Under the pieces are notes generated by a model. That model was not told the DNA's origin and ran no database searches. It saw only the letters and a list, made by a program, of their open reading frames with translations. The position numbers and the translations under genes were made by a program. 64,000 nt of DNA from Camelus dromedarius (taxonomy: Eukaryota): positions 109,184,001 through 109,248,000 of the forward strand of contig NC_087437.1 of the NCBI RefSeq assembly GCF_036321535.1. The letters run 5' to 3'. Shown here piece by piece: positions 23,591 through 36,690 of this stretch (its first letter is position 1; each line of letters starts with the position of its first letter).

Positions 23591-25807
23591 CTCCAAAATG
23601 CAATGTTGAAGTTGAGAGCCACTGGGAAAAAAAACAGGGATAGTATGTCCTCTGTTGTGTTTTCTTATGTCACATGCTTTTGGCCCAATTAATAATAAAG
23701 CAACAGTGGGAATGTCTGCATTTGAAGATACTGCTATTGAGAAAATAGTCTTCCTTCTCTCAGCCCTGAATCATCCATCATGCTGGCTCCACATTCTGCT
23801 AATCTGAAAATAAAACAATACAAAACAGCCGGTCTGGAGACAAAGCAGAGTGTGAAGGCACACACAATCAGATGGTAAAGAAGAGGTGAAACACATTCAG
23901 GCTGATTCGTACACTGGTAAATTTATAGTACCATTGCCGTCTGATTACAATGATTGACTTCCCAGAGAAACTGCTCTTGATAATAAAAGATCTCTAGCCC
24001 ACTGAAAAGAAACAGAAGTCTCTGGGTCCTTATTATTTGGAAAATAATTTTTTTTTTTTTTTTTTTTTTTTGCCATGGCTGAGTCCTAGCATCAACAAAG
24101 AAAGAACTTACTCAGAGCTGTAAAAGGATTTAGAATTTCTTCCGCACTCCTTTCATTCTAAGATGGGGGTCACGTCTTTGAAGAATTGTCTACGAGTTGT
24201 CATGGGGTGGTTAGCAGCGTGTAAGAGCAGTTGCTACCATATATTGGGACCCAGATGTCATCAAAATTTGGTTTGGATGGATGAAGAAATAAGACTTGTA
24301 CACAAAATATTGTGCTGATGTTAGGCCAAAGATATCAATGAACAATTTAAAAATTTGGCTGCTGTGCAAAGGGCAGTCACCCTGCTGAGTGAGCAGTAGT
24401 GCATGAGGGCCAGGAAATTAAGGCTTAACTGCACACCCCAAACTGTCCAAGCTATTTTATTGTTTAAGTGAAACGAAATACAAACACAAATAGCCAGAAG
24501 GGTGAAATTTAAATTAAACTTCAAAATCACTTTGTGTTTTAGCCATCTATGGTGTTCTCAGCACTGCAAATTAGTCTACTTTCTTTGGAAGCCTAGGAAA
24601 ATAATCCAGTACAGAAAGCTCCCCTGACTTTGTCTTCTTCCTTTACAGGCTGTGCACATGTTCACTTTGAAACAAAAGTTTGACCGAGATCCAAAGGAAT
24701 GTGAGGTAACCACCTCGGAAGAGTTTCCAAGCCATGATGACTGTGGCCGGTGACGGCCGTCTCCAAGACGGGGTCTGGTTTGCAGCAAGATTTCAGGGCA
24801 AGATTGCTGTGCTTTCCCTTGTTAGGTGGCTGCACTGAGAATTGCCTGGCTAAACAGATATCTGCAAGGGAATCCTTAGGAATCTTCCTCACTGCTTTCT
24901 GGCTTTAAGCCTTAGGTAAATATTTTTGTAGACTCTTTTCTCCTTGGCATAGGTGTGGTACTGATGTCCAGGCGGGAGATGGATGTGAATGGGCAGGATG
25001 GTTCTCTGAACAGTTGAGCTTTTATCCTTTGAGAAAGAGATCACTCAGAAATTCTCCTCTATGGAGAGAGGTTGGGACCTACATTGGAGCCAAACAAGAG
25101 GCTCACTGGACTGGTAATTCCATGCTTTCTCTCTGAGGCCAAGAACCCTTCTGTCTTCTGAAAGATTTGGGGTCATTTCCTGAAGAAAAATTCAATTTCT
25201 AAGTATCTGAAATTAAGGTAGTGAGCTAAATGTAAAATGCTGAATGGAATGAATAAAACATCTTTTTTTCCATGGGGGGATATAACCAGGTCATAAATGT
25301 CATGGGCTGTAAAGTAAAAATCTCCGTCTTTCTTCCCCTATAATCCATGCAAAACAAGTATTTCCCTGCAAAGATATCTATCATGTTTATTATAGAGATG
25401 TTTCTTTAAGAGGACTGATGATATGTAAGAAAGATATTCATACAAAATTCTATACACAGGGTTTGAAGTATGAGAAAAAACAAAACAGAAAAAGAGAGAC
25501 CAGTCAGCAGGTTTCATGAACAGATGCTTGTGAAAGGGACCAGGGCTGCTTCAGTCTCTCCTGGGGAACACTGGGGTCCCTGGGAGGCCTCACACACCAG
25601 GCAGCAGTGCTAAGTCACTTAGATAAAGCTTCTCCTTGGGCCAACAGAAATTTCTGTGTTTGAGCTAGGCTTTACATTTTTGCCTTGAAAGAATTCTCTA
25701 TGTTTACTTCTTTTCACTTAAAAGTGCTTACTCCTTAGGCTGAGGCAAAAAGAAAAAAAAAAGTTTATTAGCTGTCAGGAGACACAGGAAGAAGTTTCCC
25801 CATGACT

Positions 25808-26070
25808 TGTGGCTGAGTGGTTTTCAAATCTGTCCATAATTGCTTTGATATTCCTCCCGTCATGAGATGGAGTCTGTGTCTGAACCCTTGGACATTGGCA
25901 GGCCCTCTGGCTGACTTGGTGAATGGGACAAAGTTATGCTGTGTGATTTCCAAGCCTAGGTTAGATAACATCATGTGACTTCTGCGATTTCTCTTTGGGA
26001 CAGCTGCTCTGGGAATCTTCAGCCACCATATTTACAGTCTGGCTATTCTGAGACAATGTGGAGAGACATT
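25808..26070 (+). mobile_element. Old MLT1 (G/H-like) LTR 5' part
   Basis: ctttgatattcctccc...gagatggagtct...gctgtgtgatttccaagcctagg motifs. Confidence 0.65.
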
Positions 26071-26074
26071 GTGC

Positions 26075-26600
26075 AGTAAAGGACCAGGGTGTCTAAACTC
26101 TGCACACTCAAAAGAAAGGTTGGCCTTTGCTTAGCTCCTGGCAGGTGACCTCTAAGCCCTTGGAACATCTTTCTTGTTAAGACTGTCTTTGTTTACTGGG
26201 CCCTGGGCTATTCCAGATAGTTAATGCTGATAATGTGATTTATGCTGGGGACCTTGGGCTGCAGCATTAGCTTGAACTTTGGAGAGTGAAGGTCAGCCAT
26301 ATGGATGGTCACCCAAACCTACATGACTGACCCTTAATAAAAATCCTGGACACCATGGCTTAGATGAGCTTCCCTGGTTGGCAATACTTCGTGTATATTG
26401 CCAAACATCATTGCTGAAATTAAGTGTTGTCTACTTGACTCCACTGGGAGAGGACAACTGGAAGCTTGTCCCTAGTGACTTCTGGATTCTTTCCCGTACA
26501 CTTTTTCCCACTGCTGATTTTCATCTGTATCCTTTTGCTGTAATGTGCCATAACTATGGGTACAACAACTTTGATAAGCTCTTTTAGTGGATCCTACAGA
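26075..26600 (+). mobile_element. MER77/MER21-family ERVL LTR
   Basis: aataaaaatcctggacacc...tgagcttccctggttggcaatactt...gactccactgggagaggacaactggaagctt. Confidence 0.7.
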
Positions 26601-28005
26601 ATATAAAGGTTGGCCATGCCCTCTGAAATTGCTTGGTCCAGACATCTCCCAGGGAACTGATTTAAGCTCAATAATACATTTGGTAGATATGGAAACTGAG
26701 ACTTGAAGACATTAGATGACACTTTCAAACTCATACCAGTCATTGTCATCTCATAGGACTGTACTTGAACCTCTCCAGAAAGTCCTGTACAGCACTGTTC
26801 TGATGGGGCACTCATGGGTCTGTCATTTCATTTTGACACCGTGTTCACATGATTTGGCTAACAGGGAAGTCAAATATGTTTTCAGATTTTCAGCGTAGCT
26901 TTGAGGCCAGCATCTCCCCTTATTTTGTAGCTTTATGACGTCAGCAAGTATGACAGTCCTATGCTTTAACTGCCCTCATGGTCATGCAAGCCATTCACTG
27001 GTTCATGCATTTATTCATTCACTTGTGTTTGTGACAAAGTACACTGCATATACTTTTTCTTAAAAGTACACCAGACTGTGTATCCCACTCTGGACACTGT
27101 GGCCACTCTTTTCACGTTTGTCTCTCTGCTGCTGACCCATCAAAGGGTCTGCCCCACCGGGGATGAAAGTGATGTTTCTGACAGTTCTTGAAGGGCAGTT
27201 GTGACTCCACAAGGAACATTTCATATTCCACTTAAGAGGGCTTAGGGCTACTTTGGCTAGTAAGTGCCTCTGTTTGTCAGAGAAGAGGGAAGGTCTGTTG
27301 TTGGATGAAAAAAATGCACAGGGGGGAATTTCAGAGGCTGGCAATTTTCTTCAACTCCCCTTTTCCCTTTGTATAACGTATATAGCCTCCCATATAAATT
27401 AGGAATCTAATCAGAATGGTATGCTCCACTTAACTGGTACAGGTTTAATTGGGAAATCCGCTTAATCAGGACATCTCCTAGGGAACTGATTTAGGCCCGA
27501 TGATACATAATGGCTATGATTGCAGCTTAAAGGAGGTGGTAATTCTCTTTAATTGAGACACTTTCAGGTAATTTAGTGCTGCTTGAGACTAGGTGCGTGA
27601 GTGTGTCTGTGCCTGTGGCCTTTCTGATTCAGTTTGTTTCCCTCTGTAGTAAGGGGTGCAGGATTGACTCAGACAACAGCATCCATCAGTTCAGCACTGC
27701 CCCAGGTACTCATCCTTATTCAAAAGAGAAAGGAGATCAGATTCCTTGGCAAAGAACTGCTGGGATCCTTTCAGCAACTTGGAACTGGTACATCCGCTCA
27801 TTTCAGGGTGCTGTTATGGGCTGATTAGGATTTTATTTGTAAGTAGTTTCAGGGGGGTTTGAAGAAGAGATTTCCTTTCCACTCTTTGATTCTGATTCCT
27901 CCTTTGCTCCTGAGTACCTTTCCTGCTGGGTCCTTATATGAAATTCCATATGTTAACATACTGTTTGTGAGGTTGAGCAAATTTTGAGGATAACTGATTA
28001 CAGAA

Positions 28006-28173
28006 TGCAATGGACTGAACTGTATCCCCCCAAATTCATATGTTGAAGCCCTAACCCTCAATATGATACTATTTGGAGATGGAGCCTTTAGGAGGTTATT
28101 AGGTTTAGATAAGATCATGAGGGTGGAGCCCTCATAATGCAAGTAGTGACCTATATAAGAAAAGACAGCAGGA
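28006..28173 (+). mobile_element. MLT1A/B-like LTR, 5' half (split by L1)
   Basis: tggactgaactgtatccccccaaattcatatgttgaagccctaacc...catgagggtggagccctcataatg. Confidence 0.85.
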
Positions 28174-30837
28174 GTGACATCATCACTCATTTTTGATGTC
28201 AAGAAGACATAGCTTGTTTTTGCCTCTCCTACAACAATAATTCAGAATCCATTAATAGACAAAATTGCCTCTGTGGGAGCTGTGGGATCAGAACCATATG
28301 GCAAAGAATCCAGGAAGAGTCTCACCCACCCACGTGTCTGGCAATAGCCATTCAGACCTTGATCCCTGCTGAGGATCCTAGTGGCCCCTGAGCTGGCTCC
28401 AGCCCCTCTTGACTGTGGTCCAGAAACCCATGAAAACATTGTTTTCGACAATCATTCATGAGTGAGAGAGACTTTATTGAAGTCCAAGTTTCAAGAGAAG
28501 TTCTAGCACACTATTGGAGCAAAAAAAAAAAATTACAAGTTTGGATGCATTGGAGAGAGCAGTTAGTAAAGACTGGAAGAGGTAACTGCTACATCAAATG
28601 TGAAGACAAAAATGCAAAATTTCAAGGAACATGAGAAATCAGGGGTACAAATTACCACCAATAATCATAATAATCTTTCAGTAACTGATATGAAAGGCAT
28701 GGAGATCTTTGATTTACCTGATAAAGAATTCAAAAATAGCTGTTTTAAGGGAATTCAATGAGCTACAACATAGAGAGACAGTTCAGCAAAATCAGGAAAC
28801 AACACACAAACAAGATGAGAAGTTTAACAAAGAAGTAGAAATTAAAAAAAAAAGGAACCAAATAGAAATTCTGGAGCTAAAGAATACAATAAATGAAATG
28901 AAAAATGTGATAGAGAGCATCTATAGCAGAACAGATCAAGCAGATGAAAAAACTTGTGAAGTAGAAGTCAGGACTTTTGAAATTATCCATTAAGAAGAGG
29001 AAATGGGAAAAGAAAAGAATGAAAAAGAGTGAAGAAAACCTCCAGGATTTCATCAATTCACAAAGGAAGGCAATAAGAGAGGAAAAAAGAAACAAAGAAA
29101 ATATAAAACAGCCAGAGAATGATACATGGCATTAGTAAGTCCTTATCTATCAATAATTACTCTAGATGAAAAAAACAAAACAAAACAAGACAAAATAAAA
29201 TCCAACTATATGCTGCCTACTAGAGACTTACTTCAGGTTTAGGGACACACATAGGCCTAAAGTGGAGGGATAGAAAAAGATATGCTCTGCAAGTGGAAAC
29301 CAAAAGAGAGCAGGAGAAGCTATACTTATATAGACAAAATAGACTTTATAGCCCAAAATGGTTAAAAAAAGGCAAAGAAAGTTGTTGTATAATGATAAAG
29401 AAGATACAAGAATCATAAATATACACACACTTCATGTTGGAGCACCTAAATATCCCTGATGAATATAAATGTAAATATCACAACAAAATACTAGCAAACT
29501 GAATCAAATAGTACATTAAAAGGATCATACACCATCATCAAGTGGGATATATCTCTGGGATGCAAAGATGGTTCACCATAGGAAAATCAATAAATGTGAT
29601 AACCACATTAATAATATGAAAGATAAAATCATATTATCATCTCAATAGATGCAAAAAAAGCATTTGACAAAATATAACATCTTTTCATGATAAAATCTCA
29701 ACACATTGGGTATAATGGGAACATACTTCAAAATAATATAGAATATATATGACTAGCCCACAGCTAACATCATACTCAATGGTGAAATGTTGAAAGCTTT
29801 TCCTCTAAGATCAAAGACAACATGAGTTCCACTTTCATGACTTCTATTCAATATAGTACTAGAAGTCTTAGCTGGAAAAATCAGGCAAGAAAAAAAAAAG
29901 ACATCCAAATCAGAAAGGAATAAGTGAAATTGTCTTTGTTTGCAAATGATCTAATTTTATATATGGAAAAGCTTAAAGACTCCTCCCCAAACTATTAAAA
30001 ACTAATCAATAAATTCAGTAATGTTGTAGGATACAAAATCAATGCAGACAGAAATCTGTTGTATTTATGTACACTAACTATGAAATACATGAAAATGAAG
30101 TAAAGAAAACAAAATCCAACTTACAATAGCATCAAAAACAGTAAAATATCTAGGAATTAAATTTCATAACAAGGGTGTGAAAGATATGTACACGGAAAAT
30201 TGTAAGACTTTGATAAAATAAACTGAAGAAAACACCAATAAATGGAAATATATTCCATGTTCATGGATCAGAAAAATTAATGTTGGTTAAGTGTCCATAC
30301 TTCTGTTTATAGACTTAATGAAATGCCTATCAAAATTCCAATGGTATTTTTCACAGAAATAGAAAAATAGTCCTAAAATTTGTATGGAATCACAAAAACT
30401 CTGGTAGCCAAAGCAATCCTAAGAAAAGACAACAAAGCTGGGGCTATCACATTTCCTGACTCCAAACGATACTATAAAGCTATCATAATCAAAACAGTAT
30501 TGTATTAACATAAAATAAGTCACATAGACTAATGGAAAGAATCTAGGGCTCAGAGATAAACCCTAAATATATGACCAACAAATACTTGGCAAAGGAGCCA
30601 AGAATACTAACACAGGGAAAAGACAGCTGATTCATTAAATAGTGATAGAAAAACCAAATAACCACATGTAGAAGAATGGAATTGGACCTCTACTTTATAC
30701 AACTCACGCAATGAACTCAAAATGAATTAACTTAAACATAAAACCTGAAATCACAAAACTAGAAGAAAATGGGGGGAGGGGGAAACTATTTGACCTTGGT
30801 CTTGGCAATGATTTTTAGATATGACATGAAAAGCAAA

Positions 30838-30873
<36 letters not shown>

Positions 30874-31985
30874 GTACTACATCAAATTAAAAAGCTCCTG
30901 CACAGTAAAAGAAACAATCAACAAAATGAAAAGGCAACCTATGGAGTGGGAGAAAATGGGGTTATATTCAAAATATATAAATAGCATATATAACTCAATA
31001 TCAAAAAAGTCAAATAATCTGATTAAAAAAATGAACAGAAGTACTGAATAGATTTTTTTTCAAAGAAGACATGCAAATGGCCCACAAGTACATCAACATC
31101 ACTAATCATCAGGGAAATGCAAATCAAAACCACAGTGAGATGTCACCTCACACCTGATGATGGCTGTCATCAATGAGACAAGTATAGGTGAGAATGTGGA
31201 GGAAAGGAAAACTTGTGTATTTTCATGGAAATGTAAATTGATACAGCCACTGTGGAAAATGGTATGGAGTTTCCTCAAAAAATTAAAGGTAGAATTATCA
31301 TATGATCTAGCAATTCCACTTCTGGGTATTTTTCCAAAGGAAATGAAATCAGAATCTCACAGAGGTATCTGCACTCCCATGTTCATCACAGCATTATTCA
31401 CAATAGACAATATATAGCAAAAACGCCTAAGTGTCTGTCTACAGATGAATAAAGGAGATACAGTATATATACAATGGAATTTTATTCAGCCATGAGAAAG
31501 GAAACCCTGTTGTTTGCAACAATATGGATGGACCTTGAGAGTATTATGCTAAGTGAACTAAGTCAGACAGAGAAAGAAAAATACTGCACAATATCACTTA
31601 TATGTGGAATCTAAGAAGACTAAACTCACAGAAATATAGAATAGAATGGGAGTTACTGCGGTCTGCAAGCGGAGGAGATGGGAAGATGTTGGTCAGTTGG
31701 TACAAACTTTCAGCTATAAGATGAATATGTTTTGGGGATCTAATGTACAGCAAGGTGATTATAGTTAACAAATATTGTATTGTATATTTGAAAGTTACTA
31801 AGAGAGTAGATCTTAAATATTCTCACCACAAAAAAAAGGTAATTATGTGAGTGATGGAGGTGTTAGCTAATGCTACCATGGTAATCATTTCCAAATATAT
31901 AAGTGTATTAGATCAACAGGTTGTACATCTTAAACACACACAATGTTAAATGTCAATTTACAGCTCAATAACGCTGGGGATAAAA
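28174..31985 (+). mobile_element. L1 (L1MA9-like) with 5' UTR, ORF1 and ORF2 remnants and 3' UTR; internally deleted and inactive
   Basis: ORF1-like peptide at 28709-28993 (NQIEILELKNTINEMKN), endonuclease motif ccaactatatgctgcctac, RT motif catctcaatagatgcaaaaaaagcatttgacaa, ORF2 C-terminal peptide at 31157-31417, and L1MA-type 3' UTR. Many frameshifts and stops. Confidence 0.93.
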
Positions 31986-32160
31986 AAAGAAATAGCAGGA
32001 AGTTTGCTCTCTCTCTGTCTCCCTGACCATCTGAGGTCCCAGTGAGAAAGTAGCCATCTGCAAGCTAGAAGCAGAGCCCTTACTAGAACCCAACAATACT
32101 GGGCCCGGATCTTGACTTTCAGCCTCAAGAACTGTGAGAAATAAATGTCTGTTGTTACAC
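31986..32160 (+). mobile_element. MLT1A/B-like LTR, 3' half
   Basis: gccatctgcaagc...gatcttgactttcagcctcaagaactgtgagaaataaatgtctgttgtt. Confidence 0.85.
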
Positions 32161-32315
32161 ATTACACTTGTCAATATTGGTCTGTGCATGAAACTCTCTA
32201 AATTTGTTAATTTAGTTATCCAGTCACACATTTATTTATTCCCTTTTATCCCATAAGCACTCTCTTCTTCTCTCTCTTCCTTGACAGCCTCACATTATAA
32301 CACGTTTAGTGCATA

Positions 32316-32528
32316 AGGCTCCTGATTCATAAACAGCCATCTTATATGGTGGAAGGGGTGCCGGAGTTCTCTGGAATCTCTCTTATAAGGGCACTGATCC
32401 CATTCAGGAGGGGCCTGCCCTCATGACCCAGTTACCTCTCCAAAGCCCCACCTTTGAATGCTATTGCACTGGGGATTAAGTTTCCACACATGAATTTAGG
32501 GGAGACACATGCATTCAGTCTTACTGCA
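32316..32528 (-). mobile_element. MLT1A-like LTR fragment
   Basis: tcttataagggcactgatcccattca...gccctcatgaccc...catgaatttagggggagacaca. Confidence 0.8.
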
Positions 32529-32689
32529 TACTCAATGGTGTGTATTTGTCAGATTTTATCTACTGTATTAGTAAAGTTAACACTACATTTGGAACCCGTA
32601 CACCCTTCAAATTTCAAGGGCTTAACAAAACATCAGATTTAGCTAATGAAGTTGAAACTAAATTAAGAGTTCAAAGTAGGTGCTCCTAG

Positions 32690-33020
32690 GTATAGAGTTT
32701 TCCTCCAAGGGATGATTCAGGGACCCAGGCTCCTTCCATCTTGTAGCTCCACGGTCTTCTACACATAGAGCCCATCCTGCTCTAGAGATTTTCTCCATTC
32801 AAGCCAGGCAGCTGGAGGAAGGAGCAGGGAGGGTTGCACTGGGGAGGTTTCTATGGCCGGGTCTGCAAGTAGTCTATTGGATTCTAGCCAAATGTTCCTT
32901 TGTCTGGAATTCAGCCATGTATTTTCACCTAATCTCAAGGGGATGCTAAGCTGTGTGCTTCTTTTCTCCAGGAAGAGAAAGGAAAAAGGCTTGGTGATAA
33001 GCCAGCAGTTTCCATGTACA
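32690..33020 (-). mobile_element. MLT1J/K-like LTR fragment
   Basis: attcagggacccaggctccttccatcttgtagctcc motif. Confidence 0.65.
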
Positions 33021-33064
33021 GCCTTCATCAGGGATTGGCAGCCAATTGCATTAGTTCCCTGCCA

Positions 33065-34770
33065 CCAAAAATAACGCTGCAGTCAACATCTCCCGTTTTA
33101 TACTCTGTAGAACTGTGTGAAGATGTTTTTGGTTCATAAGCCCAGGGGTGGAATTGCTTGGTGATAGGACATGCACTTTCTCTTTCTGACTAAGTAGTGT
33201 CCATTTACACTCTGACCAGCAACACCAGCCTGCTCTCACCAGCAGTGTGTAAGGATGCTTTCATCTCCATCTACACTTCTTGCTTCAGCTTTTTTTTTTT
33301 TTTTGGTAGACTAATATGTATACAGAAATATATCACCGTAGTTTTAATTTTTATGTTTCTAATGGCTAGTGATTTTGGACAACTTTTCATATTCTGGTTA
33401 ACCCTTGGGTTTCCACCTCTGTAAATTGCCAAGCTGTATTCTTTGCTCATATTTTTTCCCAGTGTGGTTCTTGTTTTCTTCTTGGTTTGAAGAATATTTT
33501 TGAAATAAAATTTGTCTATTTATTCCCTTTTTAAAAAATGTTTATTAAGGAGTCTTTCCTGCCTCCAAGCTCACACCTTTCACAGTTAGAGTCCACCCTT
33601 CAGGTGTTGCTGTGCAGGGATTCACTTTTATTTTCTCCGTAATGAATGGTTTTCGACTACATCATCTATTGAACAATCTGTCCTTGATCCTTACCCATTC
33701 ATTTATGGTTCCAGTTTTACCATATATTAACTTCCAAATAATGTCTATCTTTCTCTGAGTTCTGTTTTGCTGTCTTAGTCATTTGCCTGTTTTTGTGCCA
33801 ATACCATCCTAGTTTATCTTACCGTGACTTTGAGGCACATCAATAGCAAGTACATTGAGTTTCCTCTTTCGTCTTCTTTTAACAGGTTGACTTAGCTGCA
33901 TGTGGGCTTTTATTCTTCTATGTAAATATTGGTCTCTGTCTATTCAATTCTTCAAAGAAATCTATTTTCGATTGGGATGCTATTATATTTGTAGATTAAA
34001 TTGGGGCCCATGAACAGGTTTATAATGTTGTCTTTCTGCTTAGGAGCCTGCACTCACTCTCCATAAAACTCACCTTCTATGCCTCTATTAGCATTTAAAC
34101 ATTTTATCTATTGTGTTCTTGTACATTTTTGGTTGACTTAGTTTCAAGAAATAATTTATAATTTTATTGTTGTTATGAATAAATCCTATTTGTACACATG
34201 TCCTAAGTAGTTATCATTGGTATAGAGTCATACTATTGATTTTTGTAGTTTGGCCACATATCTGGCTGTCATGATAAACTCACTCTAATTACTTTAATAG
34301 TTTGTCTGTTGAGATTGATGATTTTTCTAGGTCGATGATTACGACATTTACAAATAATATTTTATCTCTTTCCATAATATTTATATAAGCTTTCTCTCTC
34401 TTTTTCTATGATTTCTGTTGTCTGATACTAGATTAAATAGTAACTTTATTAGTTAATATCATTGTTTTGTTCTCATTTTTACAGGAAATACACCTAAAGT
34501 TTCTCACTGAGCATAATGTTTGATGTCTTTAGTTTTGGTATTTAATCTTTATTAAACGTAGAGTTCCTTCTATTTTTCTCACATAAGAGATTTTTTAAAA
34601 ATATCATAATAAAATAGAATCTTATTGAAAGTTTTTATTTTGCATTACTTGAGATGACATATCTCCTTTTTTAAACTAGTCTATCAGTGTGGTAAGTTAG
34701 ATTGATTTACTTTACATTTGAAAACTCCTTGCATTCCTTAGATAAACCCAGCTTGTTCATGATATATTAT
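33065..34770 (-). mobile_element. Ancient L1ME-like ORF2/3' fragment
   Basis: T-rich degenerate L1 antisense motifs: ggggtggaattgct; tactattgatttttgta; ccttgcattccttagataaaccca. Confidence 0.7.
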
Positions 34771-35689
34771 GAACTTCAAAGATAAAACAAGTGTTATTGC
34801 TTATGGATGCAGGACTACTGAAAATCAAGCCTATAAAAAGAAGGCCTCAGTTAATCTCAATCTTTTGTCTTACCCTCCCTCTCTCTCCATAACAAAGTTA
34901 TGTTTTTCTTTCCCAGCACTTACATAAATTGTTTTTGCCATTTAGAAACATTTTAAGACACGGCTCAGTTAAAAAAAAGTTACTTTATTTTTTTATTCTT
35001 GAATATCAGAAATTTTGGAAAATAGAAGTAGGGAGAGAAATAATCATTTAAACTACTGTCCTCCAGAAATAACCTCTCCTGACATTTCAACTCAGGTAAC
35101 TACAGCCTGCGATGCTTTTCCAGAAGAACTACATCCAGACAGCAGGACGACTGAGTAGGGAAAACCTGCCAGACCCCAATCCTCACTGCATCCGTGAGCA
35201 CTACAGGGAAGGGGCTGTTTGCTGACATCCTGCAGAAGCTGTGGGTGTTACTTCTGTGTTGACTGCATGATGTAAGCACTGAGCAATCCTTCCAGTTATG
35301 GTGCCAAGTGGACAGAGGGGGTTTGGACTCAACTTCAAGTCATATCTCTCTCAAGCACATTAGTAGGGAATAAACGAGACATGGACAAGCTGGTGAGACC
35401 AGGAGTGAGCTGGGTCTCTGGAGTGGGCATTGAAACTAGGCCCAGAATATCTTGAAATGTCTGCTAAAGATGCAAACTACTACAAAATCTTTTCTGCTGT
35501 CTGGCTGTGTGCTTCACCCAGCTCTATTAAGACATGTTGGATAGCGTTCACTTCCTTTTGTTTTCTCAGGGACATGCAATACTTCTCTGGTCTGCACATG
35601 GACTCCATCTTTTCTTCTGGATAAGTTTGCATCTGGTCTTAGCTTTAATTTGAATTCACAAAGCTTGTGCTGGTTGTTCTCCATTACCC

Positions 35690-36121
35690 CTGTAGGTCTA
35701 TTCTGTATAGGTTTGCTCTGCTCTGTGTACTAGAAGGAGGCTTGCCTTTCAGACTGTCACTCACCTCAGACTCTCGGGCCATGTGACTTCTAGTTGGGCT
35801 TGTCTAACGGGAGGCCATGTCGCATAACATTCCATAACACCCCACCCCATCACAGTGGTCTATGGTGTCAAAAGAGGCTGTGTTCTTTTACCTACAGCCA
35901 CAGCTCCTATTAGGGGTTTCTGTTCTATGGCTGAAGGGCTCATTGGGTTATGGTAACATCATTCATTCCCAACACCCTTTCTGGCTTAAGGATGACAATG
36001 CCAACCCTATTGGTTCTTCTCATTCTTGCCCTCATCTCCGTAAACAGTCCCTTCAGTAAAACCCCTTTCATTGATTCCTTGAATGTGCCATTTGTTTCAC
36101 ACTCAGACCCTGCCTGAGACA
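35690..36121 (+). mobile_element. LTR33-like ERVL LTR
   Basis: gtaaacagtcccttcagtaaaacccc...tgtgccatttgtttc...gaccctgcctgagaca 3' end. Confidence 0.6.
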
Positions 36122-36489
36122 CTTGTTGAATGGCCCAGCCATATCTCACGGACTCATAGAGTCTGGAGTTTGGAGGACACTATAGGCTTAGAACAAAACC
36201 TTCCTGTTCTTTGGAGCCAGGTCACAGCCTGTTTGGCTTTGATGTGCCTCAGAAGTGAATGTTGCAATTTAAAGATGACCAGTAACACGAGGAGTCCCTG
36301 TGTGAGCTTGCAGCAGCACCACTCTGTGATTCTGGGGTCTGCAGGTCCTTTAGCCACTGAACACTGCAGTTTGACTTTGAGCTGGCCATGGAACTACATG
36401 GTTGCCCATTTTCTTTGGAATGATTTTGTTTTGAAACCAGGTAGTGACTCCCTAGTAGAGGTTCACGCTCTTCATCTGAACTTCAGACT

Positions 36490-36690
36490 TTAATAATAAT
36501 AAAACGGCAATAACAATACTTTGTGTCAGGCATGATGTACAGACTCTTAACAGTCTCAGTGTTGATATGAGGACACCGAGGTCCAAAGAGAAGTGAAGTA
36601 ATTTACTCAAGTTCACACAGTAGTAGTAAGTGGCCCAGCAGAGACTCAGCCCAGGTCAACCTAACCCCAGATCCTGAGCCTTGAACATAG
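36490..36690 (-). mobile_element. MIR SINE
   Basis: atgaggacaccgaggtccaaagagaagtgaagtaatttactcaagttcacacag. Confidence 0.75.

Noticed and set aside
28709..31417. ORF1-like and ORF2-like peptides as active genes
   Set aside because: Short fragments of a frameshifted, deleted L1.
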